64,000 nt of DNA, taken from assembly GCA_963676395.1 (NCBI GenBank), contig OY781066.1:1024001-1088000 (forward strand), in the 5' to 3' direction. Position 1 is the first letter of the stretch. The number at the start of each line of letters is the position of its first letter. This document shows positions 30,889-40,531 of this stretch, in pieces. Under the pieces are notes generated by a model that made no database searches, was not told the DNA's origin, and was given only the letters and a program-made list of their open reading frames with translations. This stretch comes from a bacterium (GTDB lineage: Bacteria > Fidelibacterota > Fidelibacteria > Fidelibacterales > Fidelibacteraceae). The position numbers were made by a program, and so were the translations under genes.

Positions 30889-31926
30889 TTGGGTAAATCA
30901 AAATTCGCACAATTCTTATCAAACAACAGTATATGGGGCTTTGCTTTTGGTTATTTTGCTTGCTACGTCCCTTACAGTTTGCTTACAAAGATCATGAGCA
31001 AAGGGTTGCTCCCATCTTTAGATGGTCATGGGCTTGCAGGCTTCTCCATTCTACCTGTAACGGCTATTGCAACACTTCTTACGATGATTATCGTCATCTC
31101 TGTTTTGGGTTGGTGGAAGTATGCCAAACATTCAACAGTGTTTGGTATCTCAATACCTCATCCCACAAAGTGGACATTACTATCAGGTATTTTCACATCT
31201 CTGATCATTGGTACTACCACACTCGCTTATACCTTTGAAGGTGTCAGTATTGTATTTGCCATGCTTCTAATGCGTGGTGGTGTATTAATTATTGCTCCCA
31301 TTGTTGATACATTGACAAAACGTCATGTTAGATGGTTCTCATGGATTGGTCTTTTAGGTGCATTATGTGCGCTTCTTGTGGGAATTGCCGGAACAAAAGA
31401 TTTTAACATTCCTGTTATGCTTGCTGCTGTTATCGCAGTATATCTTTTCTCATACTTCATGCGTTTTCAGTTTATGAGCAAGAATGCTAAATCTGATAAA
31501 AAAGAAGTAAATCTTAGATACTTTGTTGAAGAACAAATGGTTTCCACTCCTGTTCTTGTGATCTTCCTCGCCTTAATGACTTTGCTTAAAGGTGATGTTG
31601 GAGAAGCACTTAGAATGGGTTGGACAATACACTGGGGACAGCCTTATCTATGGGCACTATTGCTGATAGGTATGCTTTCGCAAGGAACCGGTTTCTTTGG
31701 AACTTTGGTATTTCTTGATAAATCAGAAAATGCTTACTGCATACCCGTCAACCGTTCCTCAAGTATTCTTGCCGGTGTTATTGCATCGTTTCTATTGTCA
31801 CTCTTTCCCAATCAGAGCATGCCGGGCACGTCTCAGTTGATTGGAGCAGGTATTATTATTATATCTATCCTCTTCCTGACTATCCCACCTGTTCTTCAGG
31901 CAAGAAAAGACAAAGCAAAGGTGTAA
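30889..31926 (+). CDS. Ten-helix membrane protein, DMT/EamA-like transporter
   Basis: About 10 hydrophobic segments in two halves. TTG start with SD GAGGT, 10 nt after the kinase-like gene. Confidence 0.65.
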   Translation: MGKSKFAQFLSNNSIWGFAFGYFACYVPYSLLTKIMSKGLLPSLDGHGLAGFSILPVTAIATLLTMIIVISVLGWWKYAKHSTVFGISIPHPTKWTLLSGIFTSLIIGTTTLAYTFEGVSIVFAMLLMRGGVLIIAPIVDTLTKRHVRWFSWIGLLGALCALLVGIAGTKDFNIPVMLAAVIAVYLFSYFMRFQFMSKNAKSDKKEVNLRYFVEEQMVSTPVLVIFLALMTLLKGDVGEALRMGWTIHWGQPYLWALLLIGMLSQGTGFFGTLVFLDKSENAYCIPVNRSSSILAGVIASFLLSLFPNQSMPGTSQLIGAGIIIISILFLTIPPVLQARKDKAKV

Positions 31927-31944
31927 TTAAAAACCTAATATATT

Positions 31945-31974
31945 AAGCCCCGGAAATCAATCCGGGGCTTTTTT
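31945..31974 (+). terminator. Intrinsic terminator
   Basis: AAGCCCCGGA-aatcaa-TCCGGGGCTT-TTTT. Confidence 0.9.
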
Positions 31975-32100
31975 GTTTATCATATTGCACCTCCAACAAA
32001 TCTTCAAACCCAAATACTTTTTCCTTTTAACTTTTTCCTTTTAGCATGAATCATTTTATATTCCCGTGTTATTTGAATTTTACACACACAGGAGTTTAAC

Positions 32101-32718
32101 ATGATTTTAACAGACATTTTGGTCATGATTCTGGCATATCTGATCGGTTCGTTCCCTGCTGCATGGGTCTTGGGGAAGATCTTTGGGGGAAAGAACTATG
32201 ATATCCGCCAGCATGGCAGTGGTAATGTCGGCACAACCAATGTTATCAGAAACCTTGGCTGGAAAGCGGGTTTGGTAACCTTTTTACTTGATGCGTTTAA
32301 AGGTTTTGCCGTAGCCTTTTGGATGCCACAGCTAATTAGTCAGGAATTTGAAACAGCTAGAGTTATTTTAGCCACTATCGTTCTTATTGGACACACGTAT
32401 CCCATCTATATTAATTTTCGTGGCGGGAAAGCCGTTGCAACTACAGCTGGTATTATTTTTGCATTCCGTCCGGAAGTCGGGTTGTTTTGTCTGGCAATTT
32501 TTATCATTGTTGTTTTACTTTCAAGACAATCGGGGGTTGGTTCAATATCGGCATCTATTGCCTTTCCAATAGCGAACTTACTATACAAATATGCATTTAA
32601 TATGGAAATTTCCAATCAAATGCTATGGTTCAGTATTCTTCTGCCACTCTATATTATTTTCACACATCGTGAAAATATTGCAAAGATTATACGCAAAGAG
32701 AATAAAAAGGATTTTTAA
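32101..32718 (+). CDS. plsY: Glycerol-3-phosphate acyltransferase PlsY
   Basis: YLIGS.P, DIR.HGSGN.G.TN..R, D..KG, GH.YP, FRGGKAVAT, HRENI. Confidence 0.95.
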   Translation: MILTDILVMILAYLIGSFPAAWVLGKIFGGKNYDIRQHGSGNVGTTNVIRNLGWKAGLVTFLLDAFKGFAVAFWMPQLISQEFETARVILATIVLIGHTYPIYINFRGGKAVATTAGIIFAFRPEVGLFCLAIFIIVVLLSRQSGVGSISASIAFPIANLLYKYAFNMEISNQMLWFSILLPLYIIFTHRENIAKIIRKENKKDF

Positions 32719-33105
32719 ATGCTAGAAGTCGTTGCCGGGATCATAATAAGTGATAAGGGTGTCCTGCTCTGTCAACGACATCATGATTCTCGTCGATTTC
32801 CTTTAAAATGGGAATTCCCCGGTGGAAAAGTTGAAGCCGGGGAATCACCCTCTCATGCCATTGTTCGAGAATTGCATGAAGAGCTTGGAATAAATGTTAA
32901 AAAAACCAAGCTTCTCTTCGACTATCAATTTGCCTACCCGAACGAGGAAGCTATTCATTTGTACTTTTATAATATTCTAAGCTACTCGGAAAAAATCCAA
33001 GATCTCCAATTTGAAAAAATTGAATGGGTCTCAGCTGAAAATCTTAAAGCATATGACATCCTTAAAGGTGACATGCCTTTTCTTGATCTATATTTTAATT
33101 TTTAA
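32719..33105 (+). CDS. Nudix hydrolase, MutT/NudG-like
   Basis: Nudix box WEFPGGKVE.GESP..A..RELHEELG. Confidence 0.9.
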   Translation: MLEVVAGIIISDKGVLLCQRHHDSRRFPLKWEFPGGKVEAGESPSHAIVRELHEELGINVKKTKLLFDYQFAYPNEEAIHLYFYNILSYSEKIQDLQFEKIEWVSAENLKAYDILKGDMPFLDLYFNF

Positions 33106-33107
33106 GC

Positions 33108-35498
33108 TTAATCTTCTATCAGTCTTAATCTTCCATTGAAGAAAGAAATAAGTTTAACTCCGGAGTTAGAACGCGGTCGTTCCGGTAAGAATTCGATCTT
33201 ACGAATAATTCCCGGTGATTCTTCCAGATCTCTTAATTTATTCGATATTTCCCTAGAGGTGTTTCCACCGCTTTCAATAATCTTCATCAAAAGTGTCATG
33301 CTTTCATAACCATAAACATGAATACGACCAGGTTGGATATTGGTTTTTTGAGTGAAATTCTTTGAAAAACGACGCAATTCAATACTTCGTGAATTCCAAT
33401 AATAATCGCTGGCAATAATCATCGAATCAATATTGTTCTTATAACGTTTTAATATACTTTCGTTATACCAATTCCCATCTCCTAACAAAAATGCATCAAA
33501 TCGATTTCTTGCCCATTGAGGAGCAATATATTTTATATGACTTTGTGGAATAGGAAAATATACGGCATCAATGCCATAATTCTCATAAGGAAAAATAAAT
33601 GGGAATAAAGTAGAATCAGTTTCTTTTAACAACCATAAAGCATCAATAGAATCCATCTCAGCCAATTGTTTTTTTAGGGAATCGATCAAAATAAAGTTTA
33701 TGTAAGGTTCAAGCTTATTTGTATCCAATACAATCGGCGCAAAATAATAGTCACCTAGATAACTTGAATCAATGCGTACAGTATCCAATTCATTTAACAA
33801 GCAAGACATCTCAACTTGTAAAGGATCCTCTATTTCATCTAAAAGTATACAAATACTATCTGTGATCAGTGTATTATAACGTTCTTCGACTGTAACTTGC
33901 TCTGACAGCCAATTCTTTGCATGCTCTTTAAGCCTGGTAAAAATTGAATCAGAAGCCATAATCGAATCATTAGCACTTTCCCCATATATCATCACTTCAT
34001 AAATCGCCGGATCATCAGGCCACAGTTCTTCAAGAATAAAAGTCGTATCAATTATAATTACGGTATCTTCTACAGTGGAAAGCAGGTACAGAGAATCAAC
34101 AAAAGAACTATCAAATACCAGACTATCTACAAAAATACTATCCATGATCGCAAACTCTAAACTGTCTTGACTGCTGGTATCTATCTCAAAAAAGCCATTC
34201 TCTTTGGATTCCAAATATCCTTCATAGTAATTAAAATATTTCGGCAGATACTCAGCATCATCTTTTAGTTCTTTAAGCTTGCTGTTAATATTACTGGGAG
34301 TGCCATTATACCAAACATTGTATACAATTTCAGCACCATTGCTTTCTACCTTTTTAGTAAAAGCATTTGTGATATCAATACCATATTCTGTAGATGGTGC
34401 CACAACGGCAAGACGTTCAAATTTCAAGGTGTCCGTAGCATAATCGGCCAAGACCTTTGCTCGTTGTTGCTGTTCCGGATTCAACTGAAAAATCGAAGAT
34501 CCCATTTCAATTAAGTTATCAGCCGTTGCGGTAGGTGCAATTAAGGGAACGCCCGCATATTCGCAAAGCGGAGCCATTGAAACGGCCATTTCACTGGTTA
34601 AAGGACCAATAACAGCAGTGATATTCTGCATGTCCAAAAGAGATTTAAGATTGACCAAACCGACTCGAACATTACTTTCGGTATCTACAATCACCATGTT
34701 CACACGTTTTTTACATTTGCTCCTATAGGATTCAAATGCAAATTTAATGCCTTCTAGTAGTTGATTTCCGGATTTTGCATAACGACCGGTTAATGGTAAA
34801 ACGATTGCAATGTTAATCTCGGGATCCACGTTATTCTTGCTTTTATTAAAATATTTGTGAAGGTCTTTATATTTTTCAATAAAGGGAACCGTACTTAAAT
34901 CACCTTTAACTTCTTGCAGCATTCTTTCTGCGTCGGCAAAATCACCTGAAATAATATCCTTTTCCGCCCAAAGAAGTTTATGATATGTTAGAGACTGAAT
35001 ATTAACAATAAGAGGTGCAAGCATTTCCAGGTCACTGGGTTCAAGGTAATGTCTTGAAAGATCCCAACAGAAACTCCTACTATCTTCACGTAATTCGGGA
35101 TCATCTGTGTGAGACAAAACACGAATAGCAGACAGATAAGCAGGATAATATTGTTTTTTCATTGCCAGGGCTTTGCCTCTCTCAAAAAGCACATCGGGAT
35201 AATAACGACTAGCTTGAAAACGTCTTTCAAACTCTCGGCTATCGTAAACAACCTGATCATAATTACCCAACTCATAATCACATTTTATAAGCATAAATAA
35301 AGAAACCGCAGCAAAAACATTGTCACGTGGAGATTCGGAATCATACACATTCCTAAATACTTCATGCGCTTTTTCGTAAGCACCACGTTGAAAATGCTGT
35401 ACACCTAAATCTACTGTCTTTCGCTGAGCAGCAAATGAAAAAGTAAAAAGCAATATGAGTAATAATAATTGTCTGAAGATCTTGTTACGTCGTTTAAT
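33108..35498 (-). CDS. TPR + periplasmic-binding-fold (LpoA/LppC-like) exported protein with acidic insert; start uncertain (ATT 35498 or TTG 35453)
   Basis: N-terminal TPR-like helices, IAIVLPLTG, VIGPL.S, APTAT, and a C-terminal YGYES segment. A complete signal peptide exists only if translation starts upstream of 35453. Confidence 0.8.
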   Translation of the reverse strand: MKRRNKIFRQLLLLILLFTFSFAAQRKTVDLGVQHFQRGAYEKAHEVFRNVYDSESPRDNVFAAVSLFMLIKCDYELGNYDQVVYDSREFERRFQASRYYPDVLFERGKALAMKKQYYPAYLSAIRVLSHTDDPELREDSRSFCWDLSRHYLEPSDLEMLAPLIVNIQSLTYHKLLWAEKDIISGDFADAERMLQEVKGDLSTVPFIEKYKDLHKYFNKSKNNVDPEINIAIVLPLTGRYAKSGNQLLEGIKFAFESYRSKCKKRVNMVIVDTESNVRVGLVNLKSLLDMQNITAVIGPLTSEMAVSMAPLCEYAGVPLIAPTATADNLIEMGSSIFQLNPEQQQRAKVLADYATDTLKFERLAVVAPSTEYGIDITNAFTKKVESNGAEIVYNVWYNGTPSNINSKLKELKDDAEYLPKYFNYYEGYLESKENGFFEIDTSSQDSLEFAIMDSIFVDSLVFDSSFVDSLYLLSTVEDTVIIIDTTFILEELWPDDPAIYEVMIYGESANDSIMASDSIFTRLKEHAKNWLSEQVTVEERYNTLITDSICILLDEIEDPLQVEMSCLLNELDTVRIDSSYLGDYYFAPIVLDTNKLEPYINFILIDSLKKQLAEMDSIDALWLLKETDSTLFPFIFPYENYGIDAVYFPIPQSHIKYIAPQWARNRFDAFLLGDGNWYNESILKRYKNNIDSMIIASDYYWNSRSIELRRFSKNFTQKTNIQPGRIHVYGYESMTLLMKIIESGGNTSREISNKLRDLEESPGIIRKIEFLPERPRSNSGVKLISFFNGRLRLIED

Positions 35499-36252
35499 AG
35501 TCTAACCCCATGTTTTTAATATCTTCAAATCTATCGTAAGCGGTCAAATTAAACTGTACCGGCGTTACTGAAATATAATTGTTTTTTAGCACAGTATCAT
35601 CAATTCTTTCATCTTCTTTTCCTTGACGCTTCACACCCGTCATCCAATAATATATTCTATCTTTGGGGTCTTTGCGCTTTTCAAAAGCCTCCTGCCAATG
35701 CGCCATTCCCTGCTCAGTAATTTTAACACCTTTGATTTGTGATGCATCTTTTACATTAGGCATATTTACATTAAGCAAAACACCTTTTGGGCTTCCCTTT
35801 TCAAGAATGGTTTTCACCAAGTGCCGGACAAAAGGTAAAACAGGCTCCCAACTGGGATTATGAAAAGTATCAAGACTCAATGCTATGGCGGGAATCCCGT
35901 TAAAAGTTGCCTCTGCCGCAGCTCCTACGGTTCCCGAATAAATAACATTTAATCCCGAGTTACTACCAAGATTTATCCCGGAAATGACCAAATCGGGTTT
36001 TTCGGACAAAATTTCAGTCAAGGCAAGCTTTACACAATCCGCGGGTGTACCATTTACTGCAACACCTTCAAATAAATCAGTCTTAACATTTCGCACTTGG
36101 ATAGATCTATCAAGCGTTAAGGCATGAGATACCGCAGAACGTTCACCGTCAGGAGCAACCACATCAATTTCAGCGATATCCTGAATTGTTTCATAAAGCT
36201 TATTGATACCCGGAGCAAATATTCCGTCATCATTTACAAGTAAAATTTTCAC
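35494..36252 (-). CDS. surE: 5'/3'-nucleotidase SurE
   Basis: ILLVNDDG..APG, VVAP..ERSA.S, GTPADCV, SGIN.G.N, YSGTVGAA.E. Confidence 0.97.
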   Translation of the reverse strand: MKILLVNDDGIFAPGINKLYETIQDIAEIDVVAPDGERSAVSHALTLDRSIQVRNVKTDLFEGVAVNGTPADCVKLALTEILSEKPDLVISGINLGSNSGLNVIYSGTVGAAAEATFNGIPAIALSLDTFHNPSWEPVLPFVRHLVKTILEKGSPKGVLLNVNMPNVKDASQIKGVKITEQGMAHWQEAFEKRKDPKDRIYYWMTGVKRQGKEDERIDDTVLKNNYISVTPVQFNLTAYDRFEDIKNMGLDY

Positions 36253-36695
36253 TGCTTCTGTATCTCCATTGTCATGATCAGCGCATCTGCCTGATCATAT
36301 TGATAATATTTTTTTCGTCTTCCCACTTGCTTGAAATTATTTTTTTCGTAAAACCTGATTGCACTTAAATTATTCTCATTTACCTCTAAGGTAATAAAAG
36401 CCGCATCATGCTGTCGACCAAACGCCAGCATTTTGTCTAACAACTTCTGAGCCAAGCCTTGCCTGCGACAATGTTCATCTACAGCAATGTTATTTAAATG
36501 CATTTCATCGGCAATTAGCCAAAAACAAACATATGCTTTAATCTTATCGTCAACTAATGCTACCCAGTTATGAGATGTTTTGGTATACAGCTCAAAGTAA
36601 AAATGCATCTCTGCCCAAGGTTCATAAAAGGAAGTTCTTTCAATCCTCATTACCTCAAAAACATCGTCGGCATGCATATTGCGAATGTGGACCAT
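36249..36695 (-). CDS. rimI: RimI-type N-acetyltransferase
   Basis: GNAT motifs NIAV...RRQGLA, LEV...N..A..FY, GRRKKYY...DA..M. Sits in the tsaE-tsaB-rimI context. Confidence 0.9.
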   Translation of the reverse strand: MVHIRNMHADDVFEVMRIERTSFYEPWAEMHFYFELYTKTSHNWVALVDDKIKAYVCFWLIADEMHLNNIAVDEHCRRQGLAQKLLDKMLAFGRQHDAAFITLEVNENNLSAIRFYEKNNFKQVGRRKKYYQYDQADALIMTMEIQKQ

Positions 36696-36697
36696 GA

Positions 36698-37342
36698 TTA
36701 CTCAGACTTCCATTCCTTGGGCTTATAAGCCATACCATATTCCAACACCAACGAATCATAGTCAGTACCGGCACTTTCATTTTTATATTTCAAATAGTAA
36801 TCGGCCATCATTGAAGCCATAATATCCTGCTCAACAATAGGAATGTTTTCCACCTCGGGTAAAGGATCATTACAAATGATCTGCGTACAATCAGGATACC
36901 ATTCGGCTATATCTTTAATTTGACCATAACGGATCTCTATTTCGCTAACAGGATCATGATATGCTGCCGTATAGATATAATCTTTATGTGAACGAATGAC
37001 CCATAAAGGTTTATTGCGAAGATCTGCTTTGTTCAATGTTGCATCCATATATGCTGTCATGGTATTTACTCCGGCCAGAGGAATACGATGAGGATATACC
37101 AACCCTTTTGCAAAACTCATACCTATCCTTAACCCGGTAAAAGAGCCGGGGCCGGCAGAAACAACCACAGCTTTAAGCTTTGGTACTCTAATTTTCTGTT
37201 CCTGAAACAGTTGATCGACAAGTCCGACTAATTTTTCAGCATGTACTCGAGCTTCTTTTAAATGAAGCTCAGCTATAAGCTCTCCATTCTCATGTAAGGA
37301 AGCACCACAAATTAGGGATGACGTTTCTAATGCCAAGATCAT
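36698..37342 (-). CDS. tsaB: t6A biosynthesis protein TsaB
   Basis: ILALETS, HAE.L, GPGSFTGLRIG..AKGL. Confidence 0.95.
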   Translation of the reverse strand: MILALETSSLICGASLHENGELIAELHLKEARVHAEKLVGLVDQLFQEQKIRVPKLKAVVVSAGPGSFTGLRIGMSFAKGLVYPHRIPLAGVNTMTAYMDATLNKADLRNKPLWVIRSHKDYIYTAAYHDPVSEIEIRYGQIKDIAEWYPDCTQIICNDPLPEVENIPIVEQDIMASMMADYYLKYKNESAGTDYDSLVLEYGMAYKPKEWKSE

Positions 37343-37786
37343 TTATAACTCCAATTCTCTGGGCGAACGGACCTCGATCCGACGCTCTTTATCATCAATA
37401 TACTCTAAATGCAATTCTATCGTATCATTCGGGACATGAGGTCCAATCTGCTCAGGCCATTCAATAAGCACAATACCGTCTTTTACCAGATACTCCTCAA
37501 AGCCCAGCATAATAATCTCATCAGGGTGTTTAATACGATAACAATCAAAATGAAAAATAGGAAGATCACCATAATACTCATTAATAAGCGTAAAAGTAGG
37601 TGACGTAGCTTCCTGATCGGCCTTTAAATATTCACACACACCTTTTGTGAATGTTGTTTTCCCCGCAGCAAGATCGCCCCAAAGTGTGATCACATCGTTG
37701 GCTTCCAGTAAAGCTGCAAACTTGCGACCAAAGGCTATTGTTTCTTCGGGAGACTCGGTTTTTATAATGTAAGTATGCTTTTTCAT
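37343..37786 (-). CDS. tsaE: t6A biosynthesis ATPase TsaE
   Basis: GDLAAGKTTF, SPTFTLINEY, HFD.YR, LIEWP. Confidence 0.97.
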   Translation of the reverse strand: MKKHTYIIKTESPEETIAFGRKFAALLEANDVITLWGDLAAGKTTFTKGVCEYLKADQEATSPTFTLINEYYGDLPIFHFDCYRIKHPDEIIMLGFEEYLVKDGIVLIEWPEQIGPHVPNDTIELHLEYIDDKERRIEVRSPRELEL

Positions 37787-39351
37787 CGTTTTGGACTCAA
37801 TTTTGCAACAGGTAGGATCATTTCATCCATGGAAATACCACCATGCTGAAATGTACCAGGATATTGTTTCTCGTATTTTTTTATATTGTTCGGATATAAA
37901 AAGAAATAATCGTCTTTAGCAAAGATATAAGTACTGGTCAAATTTGTTTGAGGCAATCTGTATCGGGCGGTATCTTTTACAAAAACCGCGGCTTTACTGG
38001 AGACAACTAAATTTCGTCCGCTTTTGTATCGAACCGAGTCTGTTGAATCTCGGTCAGCCTTTACAACTGACCCTTTGTTCACCCTGATACTACCATGATC
38101 CGAAGTGACCACAACTTCAAAACCTGCGTCTCCCGCTTCTTCTATAATACGACGAAGGTATGAGCCTTCCATCCAATTTCTTACAACATTTCGATAGCCG
38201 GCTTCATCCGGTACGATCTCCATTAATACATCGGAGGCCGAACGCTTATGCGCAAGAATATCCACAAAATTAGCAACCAAAACAATCAGATCATTATTCT
38301 TGATATCGGAAAAACGATTTGCAAGATTATCGCCGTATTTTGAATCGGATACTTTATGAAATGAATGTCCTTTTTTTAAATGTAATCTTTCTTTCCTTAA
38401 ATAATCGGTGATCAACTTATCTTCATAGCGGTTCATGCTTTCTTCGCTATCGGGATTTGCATAAAGATCAGGATATTTGACATTAATGGCATCCGGGTAC
38501 ATCCCGGCAAAAATTGCATTTCTAGAGTAAGGTGTTGCCGTAGGTAAAATTGAAATATGCGAATTCAATTCAACGTCAAATTGATTATAGAATAACGGTG
38601 CAACAGCCAACCAATGATCATACCTAAGACAATCGATTAGCACAAACAACGTTTTTTTCCCTTTTTTAAGAAGAGGACTGACAAACTTATCAAGCACCTG
38701 GGGTGACATAGGGACATCGGGCGAATGTTGTACCCAGTCTACATATTTATCACTAACCAATCGTTGGAATTCTTTGTTTGCGGATTCATGCAATTCATTT
38801 AAAAAATGTTCAAGATCATACTGAGTATTCTTTGCAAATTCTATACGCCAACTTGCGATCCTATCATGAATTGTAGACCATCGCTCCAATGAATTGATCC
38901 CTTCGAACAATTCCATAGTTACATTTTGGTAAAAGCTCATAAATTCGCGAGCTTTAACTTCTCGGGATATATCGGCTGAATCTAAATTCTTCTTTAAGGA
39001 CAATAAAACTTGCGAAGGGTTGATGGGTTTGGTGAGGTAATCAGATATTTCTTTACCAATCGCATCCTCCATCAAAGATTCTTCTTCGTTTTTTGTGATC
39101 ATGATCGCCGGCATACCGGGACGAAGTTCTCTGATTTTTTCCAGAACCGCTAAACCATCAAGCCCGTCCATCATTTCATCTAAAAGAGCGGCAGATACAT
39201 ATTCATGCTTAATAATTTCTAAAGCATCAACACCATTGGTCGCTGTTTTCACTTCGTATCCCTTTTCTTCAAGGAACATGATATGCGGACGCAACAATTG
39301 AATTTCGTCATCTACCCATAAAATCGTATGTTTGTTCGTGTTTTCTGTCAT
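37783..39351 (-). CDS. porX: PorX-like response regulator (REC + PglZ/alkaline-phosphatase domain)
   Basis: ILWVDDEI..L.PH, MITKNEEE, IDCLRYD, SILPTATPYSRNAIF, SDHG, FQHGGIS. Lies upstream of tsaE, as in Bacteroidota. Confidence 0.88.
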   Translation of the reverse strand: MTENTNKHTILWVDDEIQLLRPHIMFLEEKGYEVKTATNGVDALEIIKHEYVSAALLDEMMDGLDGLAVLEKIRELRPGMPAIMITKNEEESLMEDAIGKEISDYLTKPINPSQVLLSLKKNLDSADISREVKAREFMSFYQNVTMELFEGINSLERWSTIHDRIASWRIEFAKNTQYDLEHFLNELHESANKEFQRLVSDKYVDWVQHSPDVPMSPQVLDKFVSPLLKKGKKTLFVLIDCLRYDHWLAVAPLFYNQFDVELNSHISILPTATPYSRNAIFAGMYPDAINVKYPDLYANPDSEESMNRYEDKLITDYLRKERLHLKKGHSFHKVSDSKYGDNLANRFSDIKNNDLIVLVANFVDILAHKRSASDVLMEIVPDEAGYRNVVRNWMEGSYLRRIIEEAGDAGFEVVVTSDHGSIRVNKGSVVKADRDSTDSVRYKSGRNLVVSSKAAVFVKDTARYRLPQTNLTSTYIFAKDDYFFLYPNNIKKYEKQYPGTFQHGGISMDEMILPVAKLSPKR

Positions 39352-39565
39352 TTGGCTAATTTACTCCTAAAATTGATTGATACAAAGTGATTTGCGCAGG
39401 ACTGTTGTATTTATTCAAGGGGTCAATTCTTTGTTCCCGAATCCTAAAAAGTATATAATCTGATGCCTGGAGCTATTGAGCTCATAACCCACATACTTAT
39501 TTCGATTTATCTTTGTCGATTTGTATTATTTGCGTAATATATCTTTTGGTAAACACGGATAACTA

Positions 39566-40528
39566 ATGGGTAAACTGTCTAATCCTCCTGTCTTTCAGGG
39601 GTCCCTCAGCAAAAAATCGTATTTTGAAGGTTGGTACATAAAATGTCTCAGCGATGACCTCAGTTCGTCCATAGCTTTTATTCCGGGCATTTCGCTCGGC
39701 AAAGATCCGCATGCATTTATTCAGATTAATCGCTCAGATAACCAAAGCCAATATTTACGCTTCCCGATAGACTCATTCACATTCGAAAAAAACATGTTCG
39801 CGGTAGCGATAGAAAACAACTACTTTTCTGATCGTGGACTAAAGCTTTCTTGCAGAAACTCCGATATTTCTTTAACCGGCGAATTGGTGTTTGACAATGT
39901 TCAAACATATCCTTCCCGTTTTTTAGCACCCGGCATCATGGGGGTATTTACCTACATCCCCTTTATGCAATGCTACCATGGCGTCGTATCTATGCGTCAT
40001 CGCATCAAAGGTGTATTAAGTATCGATGGTGAAGATCTAGGCTTTGAAAATGGTATTGGCTATATAGAAAAAGACTGGGGCCGCTCATTTCCGGAGTCCT
40101 GGGTTTGGATGCAGGCCAATCCTTTTCAAGATTCCGAAACTACTTTTATGCTTTCTATTGCAAAAGTCCCTTGGATGGGTGTATGGTTTACCGGCATGAT
40201 CGGATTTTTAAACGATGGAAAAAACACCTACCGCTTCGCTACCTATCTGGGTGATAGCGTTTCTTTTCTGGAAGAAGATGACGGTGGTGTTTATATTCAT
40301 GTTAAAGGACCTAAATATCATCTTCGTGTCTATGGTGAATTCGGTGAAGGTGGTGCGCTGCTCGCCCCCACAAAAGGACAAATGTCGCGCACTATCAAAG
40401 AAAGCTTAAATTCCACCCTACATGTAGAACTTACCGATAAACGCCATAATGTGATCTTTCACGACACCTCACATATTGCAGGTTTGGAAATTTGCGGTGA
40501 TGTTGAAAAGTTATGCCCAAATCAATAA
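39566..40528 (+). CDS. Tocopherol-cyclase-family protein
   Basis: YFEGWY.K, AFIPGIS, GIMG.F...PFM.CYHG..S, GYIEKDWG.SFP..W.W.Q. Confidence 0.85.
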   Translation: MGKLSNPPVFQGSLSKKSYFEGWYIKCLSDDLSSSIAFIPGISLGKDPHAFIQINRSDNQSQYLRFPIDSFTFEKNMFAVAIENNYFSDRGLKLSCRNSDISLTGELVFDNVQTYPSRFLAPGIMGVFTYIPFMQCYHGVVSMRHRIKGVLSIDGEDLGFENGIGYIEKDWGRSFPESWVWMQANPFQDSETTFMLSIAKVPWMGVWFTGMIGFLNDGKNTYRFATYLGDSVSFLEEDDGGVYIHVKGPKYHLRVYGEFGEGGALLAPTKGQMSRTIKESLNSTLHVELTDKRHNVIFHDTSHIAGLEICGDVEKLCPNQ

Positions 40529-40531
40529 AGC

